From assembly GCF_009914755.1 (NCBI RefSeq), contig NC_060927.1: DNA of 64,000 bases; one strand, given 5' to 3'. Positions within the stretch are counted from its first letter, which is position 1. The number at the start of each line of letters is the position of its first letter. Origin of the DNA: the human T2T-CHM13v2.0 reference genome, Homo sapiens. Both the position numbers and the translations under genes were made by a program. The notes under the pieces were generated by a model. It saw only the letters and a program-made list of their open reading frames with translations. It did not search any database and had not been told where the DNA came from. Below, one piece after another: positions 36,809 through 53,979 of this stretch.

Positions 36809-37313
36809 TGAACTCCCGACCTCAGGTTATCTACCTGCCTGGGCCTCCCAAAGAGCTAGCATTACAGGAGTGAGCCACTGTGCCCAGCCAGCTTACAATT
36901 TTTTAAAAAGGCTACATACTATATGTGTATGTGTGATTTCACTTATGTGACATTCTGGAAGGGACAAAATTTTAGGGATTGGAAATAGTGGTGGCCAGGG
37001 TATTGGGGGAGGAGTTAACTATAAAGCGGAAGCATGAGGGAATTTTTGGGTATAATGGAATTGTTCTATATCTTGATTGTGGTGATGATGTATCAATGTT
37101 AAATTCCCCGAGTTGATAACTACTGTGGTTATGTTAGAGAACATCTTTTTTCTTTTCTTTTTTTTTTTAAACGGAGTCTCGTTTGGTCACCCAGGCTGGA
37201 GCGTAATGGCGCGATCTCAGCTTACTGCAACCTCTGCCTCCTGGATTCAAGCAATTCTGCCTGCCTTAACTTCCTGAGTAGCTGGGATTACAGGCGCCTG
37301 CCCCTACTCCTAG

Positions 37314-37481
<168 letters not shown>

Positions 37482-37699
37482 TAATGAAGTTTTTAGAAGT
37501 AAAGTACTGTGATGTATGCAGCTTTCTCTCATGGTTTCGAAAATAATACTTGCTATAAATGGAGAAGGAAGGAAGAGAGTATTGATAAAGTAGATGGATC
37601 ACAATGTTATTAATAGTTGAATCTGGGGCCACACGCGGTGGCTCACGCCTGTAATCCCAGCACTTTGGGAGGCCAAGGCAGGTAGATCATCTGAGGTCA

Positions 37700-37903
<204 letters not shown>

Positions 37904-38017
37904 TCATCTTAAAAAAAAAAAAAAAAAAAAGTTGAACCTGGGTAAAGCATATATGAATCTTTTCCCTGTACTATTATTATTGCAATTTTTTTGTAACTTG
38001 GAAATTATTTCCAATAA

Positions 38018-38286
<269 letters not shown>

Positions 38287-38431
38287 TGATTCGTCCACCT
38301 CGGCCTCCCAAAGTGCTGGGATTACAGGCATGAGCCACTGCGTCCGGCCTATATTTTATCTTTAAATGATCAGCAGAAACCTTGTAAGCTGAAGACTGCA
38401 ATCAACAGCTTATGTCAAGTAAACTATAGAG

Positions 38432-38612
38432 CAGTGGTTCTCAGAGTGGATCCTGGACCATCATCATCTCTTTACCCCTTGGGAACTTGTTGGAATCCAA
38501 ATTCTTAAGCCCCATCCTAAACCTACTGAATCAGAAACTCTGGGGTGGGGCCCAGTAGCCTGTGCTTTTAAGAAGTCCTCCAGATATTTTTAATGTACCC
38601 TGAGGACCACTG
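38432..38612 (+). mobile_element. MER5A-like hAT-Charlie DNA transposon
   Basis: Terminal inverted repeats CAGTGGTTCTCA / TGAGGACCACTG; internal CTACTGAATCAGAAACTCTGGGGTGGGGCCCAG. Confidence 0.85.
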
Positions 38613-39398
38613 GCAGTAGATAAAGTGTTTGTTTAGATTCTTTATTCTAGAACTTTTGTATAGTTTAAAAGTGACTTAATAATAAGCAAGTGGACCTTTT
38701 GTAAGTAGACAAAGCTAATGCTTATGTGCTTTAGGAGCCAGTGCTGATCACATGCCTTGCCTACCTAATATCAGTTCTCCTGCTCTGCATAGCAGGAGAA
38801 GGAGCTGGAGTAGTGTTGGTACTATCTTATGACTTTAGTTATATGTAACTAAGGACATATAACTTAGTTGTTTTTTCTGTTTATATATAGTATACTTCCT
38901 CCAGAGATCTTGGAATGGTTGTAGATCTTCTCATTCACACAGTGTTTCTGTGACATATGAATGCAGGCAGAATTGCTTTTGATTTTTAGGTTTGTTTGCA
39001 TACTACGTAGTATATAAGCTTGCTGTGATATTTTTCCAAAAGGGATTTATATCATTTAAGCAAAAATGATACAGCTTCTGGATTATGTTTCCTAATAAGG
39101 CTCAAACATAGAAAGTAATTATAGTAACTGAAGTGCTACAGAATTACTTTAGTACTGGTTTATTAACTAATGTCACAAAGTTAGAGGATTACTAAGGTGG
39201 TGTTAGTAGGAAGAAGCAATATCTTGCTTTAGCCCGTCAGTGTTCATGTGGTGAATGGACAGTCTCTGTATTCTTGGGAAGGAAAATTCTTCTTGGAAAG
39301 TGAGTATTTGCAATGACTAGGTCAGTCACTTGGTCTGTTGCCTGGCATTTTGGGTCTACTGAAAGTGACGTTGTAGCAAAGGCCCTGTACCTTCTGCA

Positions 39399-39429
<31 letters not shown>

Positions 39430-39583
39430 TTTTTTTTTTTGGTAGAAACAAGGTCTTGCTTTGTTGCCCAGGCTGCCCTTGACCTCCTGTCAAGCAGTCC
39501 TCCCACCTTAGCTTCCTGAGTAGCTGGGACTACAGGCGTGTGCCACCATGCCTGGTTAATGTAAATTTGTTTGGTTTTTTTGA

Positions 39584-39988
<405 letters not shown>

Positions 39989-41140
39989 TAGTAGCTGGGA
40001 TTACAGGCCTGCCATCGTGCCCAGCTAATTTTTGTATTTTTAGTAGAGACAGGGTTTCACCATGTTGGCCAGGCTGGTTTCAATCTCCTGACTTCAAGCA
40101 ATCCACCTGCCTCGGCCTCCCAAAGTGCTGGGATTACAGGCATGAACCACCACACCTGGCCTAAATTTTTTTTTTGTAGAGACAGGGTCTCACGCTGTTG
40201 CTCAGGCTGGTCTTACACTCCAAGGCTCAAGCAATCCTCCTGCCTTGGACTCCCAAAATGCTGAGATTACAAGTGTAAGACACTGAGGCCAGCTGCCCTT
40301 TACATTTCTTAAGGGTAACAGGCTCATGTCCTTTCATTATTCACAATTTAAATATTTTGAGTCTTTACTTCTGTGTCAATATAACAGAAGTAACTTCCTT
40401 ACGAAGAAAATTCCAGAGGGAATCTTTCAATGTAGGGATAGAAATCCATTGTGAAACTCGAGAATTGACACTGATGATATAAAACATGCACAGTAGCCGA
40501 GTGTGGTGATGTGTGCGTGTAGTCTTAGCTACTCAACAGTCCGAGACATGAGCTCAGGAGTTTGTGACCAGCATGGGCAATATAGTGAGACTCTGTCTCA
40601 AAAAAAGGAAAAAAAAAAGTGCATAGTTTATGGTATCCCAACTGGAGGAGCTAAAGACAGAATAGCTTAACATCATTTAGAAAAAAAATTATAATTGAAA
40701 AGTGCAAATACACATTTTGCAGTGTTTTTGGCATTTACAAAATATGTAAACACTTTTAGTTTCTTAGGGAAAAGATGACGATAGGCTGATTGAAAAATAT
40801 CATTTTTACTTGTCACATCTCTAAAACAGCAGAAGTTCTTGTTTTTAACCAGGAGTCCTATCAGGTTTGATACAACCTTCGGGGAGGATGTGGCAGTTGA
40901 AATTTAAGGAAACTTAGTTTCCTTAAGGTGGCTGAGCTTAAAAAATCAAAATGTTTAGGAAGGCAGGAGACACTAATAGGGCTGGGCTAGTCTTGTGGAG
41001 GCAGTGGATGGACGCTTTGGCTGGCCTAGGGAAGAATCTGTGATTCAGTGCTGCAGGGATCAGGTGATCCTGGTGAGAGAGGTCCTGGAACAAGGGTTAA
41101 TTTGGTCATTTTTGGAATGACCTGGGATTTGGCTTATTTA

Positions 41141-41359
<219 letters not shown>

Positions 41360-41735
41360 TCACTTGAGCTAGGGAGGTGAGGGTGGAGGTTGCAGTGAGC
41401 CAAGATCATGCCACTGCACTCCAGCATGGGCAACAGAGAGAGACCTTGTCTCAAAAAAATAAAATGGTGAATGTAAAATAAAATGGTAGCTCACGCCTAT
41501 AATCCTGGTACTTTGGGAGGCCGAGATGGGTGGATCACTTGAGGCCAGGAGTTACAGACCAGCCTGGTCAATATGGCAAAACTCCCATCTCTACTAAAAA
41601 TACAAAAACTAGCTGGGCTGGTGGTGTATGCCTATAATCCCAGTTACTCAGGAGGCTGAGGCAGAGGTCACAGTGAGCTGAGATCACACCACTGCACTCC
41701 AGGCTGGATGACAGAGTGAGACCCTGTCTAACGTG

Positions 41736-41813
41736 ACATCACATCACATCACATCACATCACATCACATCACATCACATCACATTGCATCACATCACATC
41801 ACAACATAACATA
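41736..41813 (+). repeat. (ACATC)n pentanucleotide repeat in place of an Alu poly-A tail
   Basis: Nine pure ACATC units (41736-41780), then ACATT GCATC, two more units, and ACAAC ATAAC ATA. Confidence 0.92.
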
Positions 41814-42717
41814 AATTTTCAAGGCAGAAATCTTGTAGTCAGCCTTACTGTTTGTTGACAAGGACACGGCCCTGAGCACAGAAATCTCGGCAGTTGATAA
41901 AGCCAAGAAGAAGGATACTAATTAAAGAAATTTTCAGATTTTGCATCTTCTGGCATCTCAGCTAAATAGCTCTGAGGAAGAGGATGCCACTTACCAGTTT
42001 TGAGACACAGGCAGGTTATATTATTTTCCTGAAAACCATTTAGCTGAGATGGAATTTGCCTCTCTGAGGTTGGGGAAGGTGTTTGAACTCTGTTTACAGC
42101 CCTCTGTCAGTTCCACTGCCTTGCTGAGTTCCCTCACCCTTCTTTAGATAGAATTGCTGTTGGCTTCTATAGTCCTCACTTACCTCTTTTGCCAAATGCT
42201 CAGGTAGCCTTGGCTGAGTCTTCCAGGTTTGATAAGGCTGTATGGGGCTTCCTATGCCTTTTGGTAGTTAGAAGTCACTGAAGAGGTACTTCTGCTACAG
42301 TGACAAGAAGAAAAGGGCATTACTCAGCTTGTATAGTGCAAGGGCTGCTTGACTCCCAGCTTCAGTCTAGGCAGGGGAATTTATTTATACAATTACCTTA
42401 AATGAGCACCAGATAGAGGCCATCTATAAAAACTGTTTACAGGATTTAAAAATACGTTGACATTGGCTTCTTCCTTTAACTTTCTGCTTGCAACAGAACA
42501 TCTGATGCGACCTATGCTGCTCACTGTTTCTAGGTTACATTCTCTACCCTTGCAGTGTAAATTAATTTTTGCCTGGTTCCATGTTTCTTGCTTAGGTTAT
42601 CTCTTAGGTCTTCTGTCTGATTTAAATATAAGCCTTCTTAGGACTAGATAGTGGTGATGGTTGCACTACTTTGTCAATATACCACTGAATTGTATGTATT
42701 CACTCTTTTAAGAATGA

Positions 42718-42931
<214 letters not shown>

Positions 42932-43495
42932 TAGCCAGGATGGTCTCGATCTCCTGACCTTGTGATCCGCCCACCTCGGCCTCCCAAAGTGCTGGGTTTA
43001 CAGGCGTGAGCCACCATGCCCGGCCTTAAGAATGAGTTGATTGTTCTTAGTCTCAGTTGAGTACATTGTGTTATGTATAGAAAATGTTATATTTTCATTT
43101 TTAAAAATTATTATTATTATTTTGAGATGGGGTCTCACTTTGTCACCCAGGCTGGAGTGCAGTGGCACGGTCTTGGTTCACTGGCAACCTCCACCTCCCA
43201 GGTACAAGTGATTCTTCTGCATCAGCCTCCTGAATAGCGGGAATTACAGGCGCCTGCCACCAAGCCTAAGTAATTTTTGTATTTTTTTTTTTTAGTAGAG
43301 ACGGGGTTTCACCATGTTAGCCAGGCTGATCTTAAACTCCTGACCTCAAGTGATCCATTCGTCTCAGACTCCCAAAGTGCTGGGATTACAGATGTGAGCC
43401 ATTGCGCCCAGCCCATTTTAAAAAATTAAACTGGCCTGGTGCGGTGGCTCACGCGTGTGATCCCAGCACTTTGGGAGGCCGAGGCAAGCGGATCA

Positions 43496-43794
<299 letters not shown>

Positions 43795-43819
43795 TTAGTG
43801 TTACCTGCCATTCTTTTTG

Positions 43820-43927
43820 TCTCTTTCTCTCTCTTCTCTTCTCCTCTCTTCTCTTCTCTCTTCTTCCCTCCCTTCCCCTCCCCTCCCCTCCCCTTCTCTT
43901 TTCTTCTCTTCTCTTTTCTTTTCTTTC
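43820..43927 (+). repeat. Polypyrimidine CT-rich low-complexity tract at an antisense Alu tail
   Basis: (CTTCT)n and (CTCCC)n runs, read directly. Confidence 0.85.
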
Positions 43928-44047
43928 AGAGTTTTGCTCTGTTGCCCAGGATGGAGTGCATTGGCATGCTCACGGCTCACTGCAGTGTCAACCTCCCAGG
44001 TTCAAGCTGTCCTCCTACCTCACCCTCCCTAGTAGCTGGGACTATAG

Positions 44048-44609
<562 letters not shown>

Positions 44610-45270
44610 TAATTTTAGTAGAGACAGGTTTCACCATGTTGGCCAGGCAGGTCTTGATCTCCTGACCTCAAGTGATCCGCCCACCTCGACCCCCCAAAGT
44701 CCTGGGATTACGGGCATAAGATACTGTGCCTGGCTGAGTTTGTAAATTTCTTTCTTTCTTTTTTCTTTTTTTTTTGAGACAGAGTCTTACTCTGTCACCT
44801 GGGCTAGAATGCAATAATGCGATCTCTGCTCACTGCAACCTCTGCCTCCTGGGTTCAAACAATTCCCCTGCCTCAGCCTCCTGAGTAGCTGGGATTACAG
44901 CCGCCTGCCACTATGCCCAGCTAATTTTTGTATTTTTTGTAGAGATGGGGTTTTGCCGTGTAGGCCAGGCTGGTCTAGAACTCCTGACTTCAGGTGATCC
45001 ACCCACCTTGGCCTCCCAAGCGTGGGGATTACAGGTATGAGCCACCACGCCCGGTCATCAAAGATAATGTTTTTAATGATCAGGAGCACTTTGAGATGTT
45101 TAGAACAATCTGAAACCTGATTTCCAAGCCATCTCAAAATATACTTTGGTAATCAAGACAGGGAAATGATGGTGTTATATCATTTGTGGGACTCAACTGA
45201 TTTTGTTGAGTATTGGTTTTGCTGTGGGATTCCTTGTTCTCTTGGTTGTGTTGGGCCTACTGCTTTTTAA

Positions 45271-45489
<219 letters not shown>

Positions 45490-46397
45490 TAAGCTCAAAC
45501 AACCGTCCTGCCTTGCCCTCCCAAATTGCTGGAATTACAGGTGTGAGCCAGTGCGCCTGGCCTTCTTTTTTTTTTTTAACCACTATTTTTTAGAACTAGA
45601 TTTGGCCTGGAAAGAGAAAAAAGATATTCCTCGACTTGATCTATATATTTTATGGTTCATTCATTTGCTTTAGAGGTAGAAGGAGCAGGAAAAAGTACAA
45701 CAAAACAAAATCTTCCCTTTGGTGTTTAATTTGAATGCCCACAGATGCTTTTGCATTTATTAGTAGTGAGTTTTCATAATTATCAAATATGTAGTAGAAA
45801 AATCTGGCTGTGCATGGTGGCTAATGCCTGTAAATCCCTATATGCTGGGAGGCTGAGGCAGGTGGATTTTCTGAGCTCAGGAGTTCAAGACCAGCCTGGG
45901 CAACATGGCAAAACCCCATCTCTGCCAAAAATAAGCTGGGTGTGGTGGCACACGCCTGTGGTACCAGGTACTCCGGAGGCTGAGCTGAGAAGATTGTGGA
46001 GGTTTCAGTGAGCCAAGATTGCACCACTGCACTCCAACCTGGGTGACAGAGTGAGACTCCATCTCAAAAAAAAGAAAAAAAATCTCCTTGTCCAGGAGCT
46101 GTGTTGAGTGGGCTGTGGACTAGCAGGAATTCATAGCTCTGGTGAAAGATGACTAGATAATGTCATTTTTTTTTTAAAAGTCCCTGAATGATTGTGACAG
46201 GGTAGGAAAATCATCACATAGCAAAATCTTCATTAGATTTTCCCTAATGACTTATCAACTGGGTTTGTGCACCAAACGAAACAACTTCCTGCCTTTGTTT
46301 GTCTGAAAGTCAAAGAAAATATTATTCAGGTATATTATATTGTACTCCATGCTACAGAAGTTTCTGGCAGCAATATAGGTTGTATGCCAATCGGTTA

Positions 46398-46583
<186 letters not shown>

Positions 46584-47250
46584 TCAGGAGGCTGAGGTAG
46601 GAGAATCGCTTGAACCCGGAAGGTGGAGGTTGCAGCTGAGATTGTGCCATTGCACTCTAGCCTGGGGCCACAAGAGTGAAACTGTCTCAAAATAAATAAA
46701 TAAATAAATAAAATAATAATAATATTTGTGTAAGTACAGGGATATGTTTCTTCAACTCCAAAGTATGAGTTAATGTGCATATGCCAACTCTAGAAATAAA
46801 GTATTAAGTCAAAACTCCCAAGAAAATTTCCCCAAAAAGTTGCTAACAGACGTTATTTTATTTTATTTATTTATTTTGATACAGAGTCTCTCCCACTGTC
46901 ACCCAGGCTGGAGTGGTGCAGTGGCATCATCTCGATTCACTGTAGCCTCCGCCTCCCAGATTCAAGCCATTCTCGTGCCTCAGCCTCCCTTGTAGCTGGG
47001 ATTACAGTTGCCCACCACCACGCCTGGCTGATTTTTGTATTTTTAGTAGAGATGAGGTTTCACCATGTTGGCCACGCTGGTCTCGAACTCCTGACCTCAA
47101 GTGATCTGCCCGCCTTGGCTTCCCAAAGTGCTGGGATTACAGTTGTGAGCCACTGCACCTGGCCTTTAATTTTAATTTCTAAAACTATGGAGTAATACTA
47201 CATTGAGGGAACAGAATTTTCTATTCCTTCATTTGTATTATTATTAAATA

Positions 47251-47634
47251 CAGTCATGCATTGCATAATGACAGGAATACATTTTGAGAAATGGATCAAG
47301 TGATTTTTTCATTGTGTAAACATCATAGGGTATATTTACACAAACTAGATGTTATAGCCTACTATACAGCTAGGCTATATTGTATAGCCTGTTACTCTTC
47401 GGCCACAAAACTGTACAGTGTGTTACTGTATTGAACACCATAGGCAATTGAGACACAATGGCATTTGTGTATCTAAATATAGAAAAGGTAATGCATTGTG
47501 CCACCAAATCAACAACAGCTATGATGTCACTGGGTGATAGGAATTTTTCAGTGCCATTATAATCTTATGGAACCATTGTTTCATATGCATGCAGTTTGCT
47601 GTTGATCAAAATGTAGTTAAGCAGCACATGGCTG
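47251..47634 (+). mobile_element. Tigger3/MER7-type TcMar DNA transposon
   Basis: TA TSD on both sides; terminal inverted repeats CAGTCATGCATTGCATAA / TTAAGCAGCACATGGCTG; internal TATAGCCTACTA.ACA.CTAGGCTATA hairpin. Confidence 0.85.
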
Positions 47635-48029
47635 TAATTAAAACACTATTGTTTGTTATAATAGAAAATAAAATTTTTCTTTTTAGCCTCTGTATTAATA
47701 AAGAGCACTAGAAAGTACTTTGTTTATCAGATAATGAATATGTTTGACAGATGTACATACGTATTTATCAAATGAATCTTTTTTTGTGGGGGAAACCTTA
47801 ACTAAGAATAGGCCTGTGTTTTAAAATGGCTGCCTGGAGGACAAGTGCTATAAGGAAATTTCAGTGGTATTTGCTTGACCTGGCATTAAGTGGGGGGAAA
47901 AACAAGCCCCAGGTGAATTGATAGATGGATGTCTGAACATGTTCAGGAATGATGTTTTGAACAATGTTTGCCTCCTGTGTCATGTAGGCAGAGAGATGAT
48001 AAAAGTTTTTTTCCCCTCTTGATACCAGG

Positions 48030-48735
48030 TAATTCTGATACCGACTACCAGAAGTTAGCTTCAGACTCCACAGGTTGAAGGGCTTTGTCCCATAAGACCA
48101 TTCTTACTTCAGACACCAATTGCAATGATCAGTTATCAGGTCCCAAGGTTACCTACACTTATGTCTGATTTGGCTACAAAATTGGAGGTTCCCACAGTCT
48201 ACCCCTTCAGATTTGATAACTTTCTAATATGGCTGCAAAAAACTCAGAGAAATACTTATGTTTATCAGTTTTTTATAAAGGATACAATTAGCCAGATGAG
48301 GAGATAGATAGGGCAAAGTCCAGGAGGGTCCTGAGTGTTGAGTGTAGGAGTCTCTGTCCTGTGGAATATGCCACCGTCCCAGCATGTAGATGTATTCACC
48401 AATCAGGAAGCTCTCTGAGCCCTTTTGTGTAGTTGTTTTTATGGAGGTCTCATTATGTAGGCAGGATTGATTAAATCATTGACAGTGGGTGATTTGCTCA
48501 AGCCCCTCTCCCCTCATCAGAAGTTGGTGGGTGGTACTGAAAGTTCTGAACTTCTGGTCAAGGCTTTGTCTTTCTAGGTAGCCCTCATCCTGAAGCTATC
48601 TAGGGGCTTTCCAAGAGTTGTCTTATTAGAACAAAGAACACTCCTATCACCCTTATCACTCAGGAAATTCCAAGGGTTTTAGGAGCTGTATGCCAGGAAC
48701 CTGGGACAGACCAAGTATCTTTCTGTGATACCACA
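48030..48735 (-). mobile_element. MER21-family LTR
   Basis: Terminus CAGGAAATTCCAAGGGTTTTAGGAGCT...CCAGGAACC..GACCAA..ATACCACA; internal ATTGATTAAATCATTG and ACTTCAGACACCAATTGCAA. The left boundary is approximate. Confidence 0.72.
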
Positions 48736-49109
48736 GAATGGGACCCCAAAAGCCAGCTCCAGCTGGTGTCTAGTGCCTTTAGTTGGGCACTGGATATCGG
48801 TTACAGGGCATAAGTGGCCCAGTGGGGTTGCCGTTTAACCCATCTCTGCTGTATTAACCTCATGTACCTTAGCTCATGGCTAGGTCGTTTCAAGTCTCAC
48901 CTAATGTCAGTTGTTTCATCCTTCTCTGGATGCATGTTCACTTCTGGAATAGGTGAATATCTGGGCCACTATGTTTGCTGTCATCCTGAGCAAACTTCCA
49001 GCTTAGAAACCAGCTTTATGGAATCATCCCAGAGCCTTTATTTTATTTTATTTTATTTTATTTTATTTATTTATTTATTTATTTTTTGAGGCAGAGTCTT
49101 GCTCTGTAG

Positions 49110-49238
<129 letters not shown>

Positions 49239-50653
49239 TAAAACCTTTTGTAGAGATAGTGTCCCAGTGTGTTTGCCCAGGCTGGTCTCAGACTCCTGGG
49301 GTTAAGCGATCCTCTTGCCTCAGCCTCCCAAAATGTTGGGATTACGGGCGTGAGCCACTGAACTTGGTCCCAGAGCCTTTTAGAACAGTGTTGAGTTGCC
49401 CTTTATTTGCACCAGGGCTAAGGCAGTAGAAAAAAAATGTTTATGGGCCATGTTTTTCTTCCTAGTCAAAATAAAAATAGCCATGTAATCTATGGAGGCA
49501 GCAGATATGTTGTTAGTATACACTAGAAGTCAGGAAATTCGTACTGCCTTTCAGCTGCTAAAGTACTGGGACATATTTGAGAAGCAGTAATGCAGAGGCA
49601 GCTGTCTGATCTTTGATCTCTGATAATGCTTATTTCATTGCATCCCTGAAACCACCCTGCAAAGGATTTATCATCTTTGCTGCTTTGCATATGGAATAGC
49701 ATAGGCCCAGAGAGACGTAGCTTGACTGCAATCACATGGTGAGTTAGTTGTAGCTTCTGCAAATGTACAGAACTAAGAAGCTACTTTTCTTGTGTGTTAT
49801 TCTAGTGATGATGGTCATTATAATTGATGTACCTGATATTATGCTAGGTTTAGGGATACAGAAATGAAAGAAGATCACAGTCCCTCATCTGGGACCTCTG
49901 TTTTTTTGGTGTCACCTCTCTGCATAGACAGTTCTGCAGTATTGATGCTGCTGTTCTGGTTGATCCTTCTGTCATGCCTGCACCATCTTTTCTGCCAGAC
50001 TGAAGTGTTCTTGCTTGGGGAAAAGCAGATTTGCAAAGGTTCTCTTTTTCCTGATTGTTGCTTTGCAGATTGAGTATATTTGTTTGTTTGTTTTTAAGTG
50101 AACAAAAGTTGAATGAGATTGATTACTGGCTCTTTAAAGAATAATTACTCCCCCTTTTGACTTATGTAGCATCTTGAGGTGATCTATGACCGTTTGTACT
50201 TGTCATGACTTCCATTAGATTAAACTCTGGGGCAAAGACGTTGCTCTTCATTGTGCTCATATGACACCATTACTGCCAGTGGAATTGAAATAAATTGAGT
50301 AAGGGCGAGTGTTTCCTAACAAATGTTATCCTGGGCCTGAGGAACCATCATCAAGATGGAGTGGCCCTGCGATTAATTTTGGACTTAAAGCAAAAAACAA
50401 ACAAATTTTTTTCTTTAAATAACCAGTTGGCACAGATACAGAATAAAATAAGATAGATCCACGTGTAGTTTTTGAAAATTTAGGTCAGGTGGCTCACTCC
50501 TATAATCCCAGCACTTTGGGAGGCCAAGGCGTGTGGATAACTTGAGGTTAGGAGTTTAAGACCAGTCTGGCCATCATGATGAAACCCCATCTCTACTAAA
50601 AGTACAAAAATTAGCTGGGCATGGTGGCGCATGCCTGTAAACCTAGCTACTCA

Positions 50654-50785
<132 letters not shown>

Positions 50786-50879
50786 TCATCAGTGTATATC
50801 TTCCTTTTTTCATTTTTCTTTAAAAAAAAAAAACAACCCTTGTATGCATAGCTGAAGGAGAAATAATTGAAAGTGTTTA

Positions 50880-51059
<180 letters not shown>

Positions 51060-51788
51060 TCAAATAAAAAAAAAGATTTCAAGGTGATGGGTTTCATGTG
51101 GACCAATTTTATCCTTCCCTGATGATAATTTGACATATGAGTCAGATATTTTCCTAATTTTCGTAATTCGAGTGGGATTGTGTGTTTGTTTGTTTGTTTT
51201 GAGACAGGGTCTCACTCTGTTGTTCAGGCTGGAGTGCAGTAGGCCAGTCATGGCTCACTGTAGCCTTGGCTTCTCAGGCTCAAGTGAGCCTCCCACCTCA
51301 GCCTCTTAAGTAGCTGGGACTATAGGTGCGTGCTCCCACACCTGGCTAATTTTTTCTGTTTTTTTTTGTAGAGACAAGGTCTCATTATATTGCCGAGGCT
51401 GGGACTCCTGAGCTCAAGTAATCCTCCTACCTTGGTCTCCTAAAGTGCTGGGATTATATCCACGAGCCACCACACCCAGCCTCGCATGAGATTTTAACAG
51501 AGCAAAGTACCTGTTGGAAATCTTGCGCACAAAGCCTCCTTTATTCTGTTATTCCCACTGACAGGAATTCAGATACCTGGATCAATTCTGTTTCGGTTTT
51601 GCTAAAATCTCTAACTTGATATTTTACTTTTCTAAAAACCTGTATTATCAATGAAATGGAATTAGGAAAACAGGACCTATAGAAGTTAAGACCGCTTCAA
51701 TCTATTGATGTTTCATGGTGCCTTTTATATTCAAAATGCTTTGTTCTCACAAAAATAATACTTTTTGTTTGGAGAAAAAGGCTGTGGG

Positions 51789-51790
<2 letters not shown>

Positions 51791-51830
<40 letters not shown>
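51791..51830 (+). repeat. (GT)20 microsatellite
   Basis: Read directly from the sequence. Confidence 0.97.
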
Positions 51831-51835
<5 letters not shown>

Positions 51836-53979
51836 TCTCAAAGATAGCAGTAAAATAAACTCCTTCTGACAAAGGCTTCTTAAAAGAAAGGAGAAAAAAA
51901 AACCTTCCTGCTAATTGTGTTCTTTAAAATCCTGATTCCCCGTTTTACTTTCTGGATGTGTATTCTGGGCTTTTTCAATGTCAACCAATACTCTCTTGAT
52001 GGGAAATTCAGCTGGATTTGGGTATGTTCATTGGGTTTTCCTAGAACAGTTTGAAGATCCATCTCATTTACCTAAACAAATATTCCTTATAATTATTATG
52101 AAAATTGGGCCTGTTATAGACTAATAATTGACTTAAACCATACAGGGTTATGTTTGTCAGTATCTCGTGAGTCAGCTTTTCTAGGGGCAGAGATTGAAGA
52201 GTTAGTTCTGAGATTGAATACTATTTATCAGGGTTTTGTTTTGTGTACCTTATTCTCCTGTAACCACCTGGTTGGCTTTTATCATAGATACATTTTTGGG
52301 AAACAGGCAACCACATGGTTAATGAAGATAGAGAAGACGTGAAATTTGTTACCTTTATAGATTTTTTCCCCTTGCCCTGTTCTCATTCTTCTCATTTGCC
52401 TAAAAAAAATATAAGGAGGCCGGGTGCGGTGGCTCACGCCTGTAATCCCAGCACTGAGGCAGGCAGATCACCTGAGCTCAGGAGTTCGAGACCAGCCTGG
52501 CCAACGTGGCGAAACTCCGTCTCTACTGAAAATACAAAAATTAGCCGGGCGTGGTAGTCCCAGCTACTGCAGGTACCTGAGGCAGGAGAATTGCTTGAGC
52601 CTGAGAGGCAGAGGTTGCAATGAGCCGAGATTGTGTGCCATTGCATTCCAGCCTGGGTGACAAAGCAAGACTCTGTCTCAAAAAAAAAAAAAAAAAGTAT
52701 AAGGAGTATTCACATTTCTATGAGATCTGTAAATTTAGGTTAGAAAATTTAGTTAACTGTGTTTTGTAATAGTCATATAAATAAGCACAAAGACCCTCCA
52801 GACTTCTTCCCAGCATGTGACAGTGGAAGAAAGGGGTAATAAAGTAGATTTTTTTGTTACTCTCATTGGTAAAAATAAGTCTGTCCATGGGAAGGTTAAC
52901 ACTGAGTTTACCATCTTGATGATTCCATACGGTTCCTAGCAATTCTAATCTCAAAGTTGGTTGGCAGAATGTTTAGGTCTTTGGGTAGAATATCTTCTGT
53001 GCCTTTTCTGTGAATTGTAAAATTACATTTGGGAAATAAAGAAAAAAATCCCTGATTATCCCACTATAGCAATACAACCACTGTAAACATTTTGGTATAC
53101 AGTTGTGTTGCATTATATGCATTTTCTGATTTTTGTATGTCCACCTGTGCTTATTTGAACTGTATCCCCCTCCCCACTTCCCACACCCTGTTTTCTCACT
53201 CCTGGAGTGAGCATGGGCAGTGGGGATGAGACTCGCCTGTGGCTTCAGTTTGTCTCCTTTTCTAAGTTTCTCTGAGTGGGCATTCACTGTGCTGGCTGTG
53301 ATTCTGTTATTTAAAGCAATATATTTTCATACCTTATGGCCCTTAAATGCAAGCCAACCTCTTCATCTGGTGTCAACCAAAGGAAAAGTGATCTGTTGCA
53401 GCGCTGGAGGAAAAACTGGCAATGTTGGACTTACCTAAATTGAAAGATGGTATGTTGTTCTTCACCTTGGGGTCTTCAAGTATGATTTTTGACAGTGCAT
53501 GGTTTTTATCTTACATGCTGACTTTTGTCTCTAACCCTTGAGTTAGATGCAATTTAATTCCAGCCCTTTTTCCCTATATACATTTTACATAATTATCCAT
53601 AAGGGTATATTCATTTTTAAGGCTCTTAAAATATACTATATCAAGTATCTTTCCATATTGCTATACAATTTTTGTAGCTGTCATTTATAATAAGACATTT
53701 TAGTTTTCGTCTTTTCAGAAGAATTTTGGGAGCTAGTATAATCAGCTCCTTAGAATGCTTTCTAATTTGCATACTCAGGTCTACTCACAATAGTTCTGCC
53801 ATAGATATTTAAAATAGAAGCAACTGTTATGCTGCTAAATTGAATATTTCTTAACTAGGCTTATTTCTTAACAGGGGCATAGATGTATGTTTTCAGGCAT
53901 ATGGGACCCTTTCTGTAACTAGGCTTCTAGAGTTTAGAATTAAGATTATTTAAATTGGTCTATGATCTTATTGAAGAGT

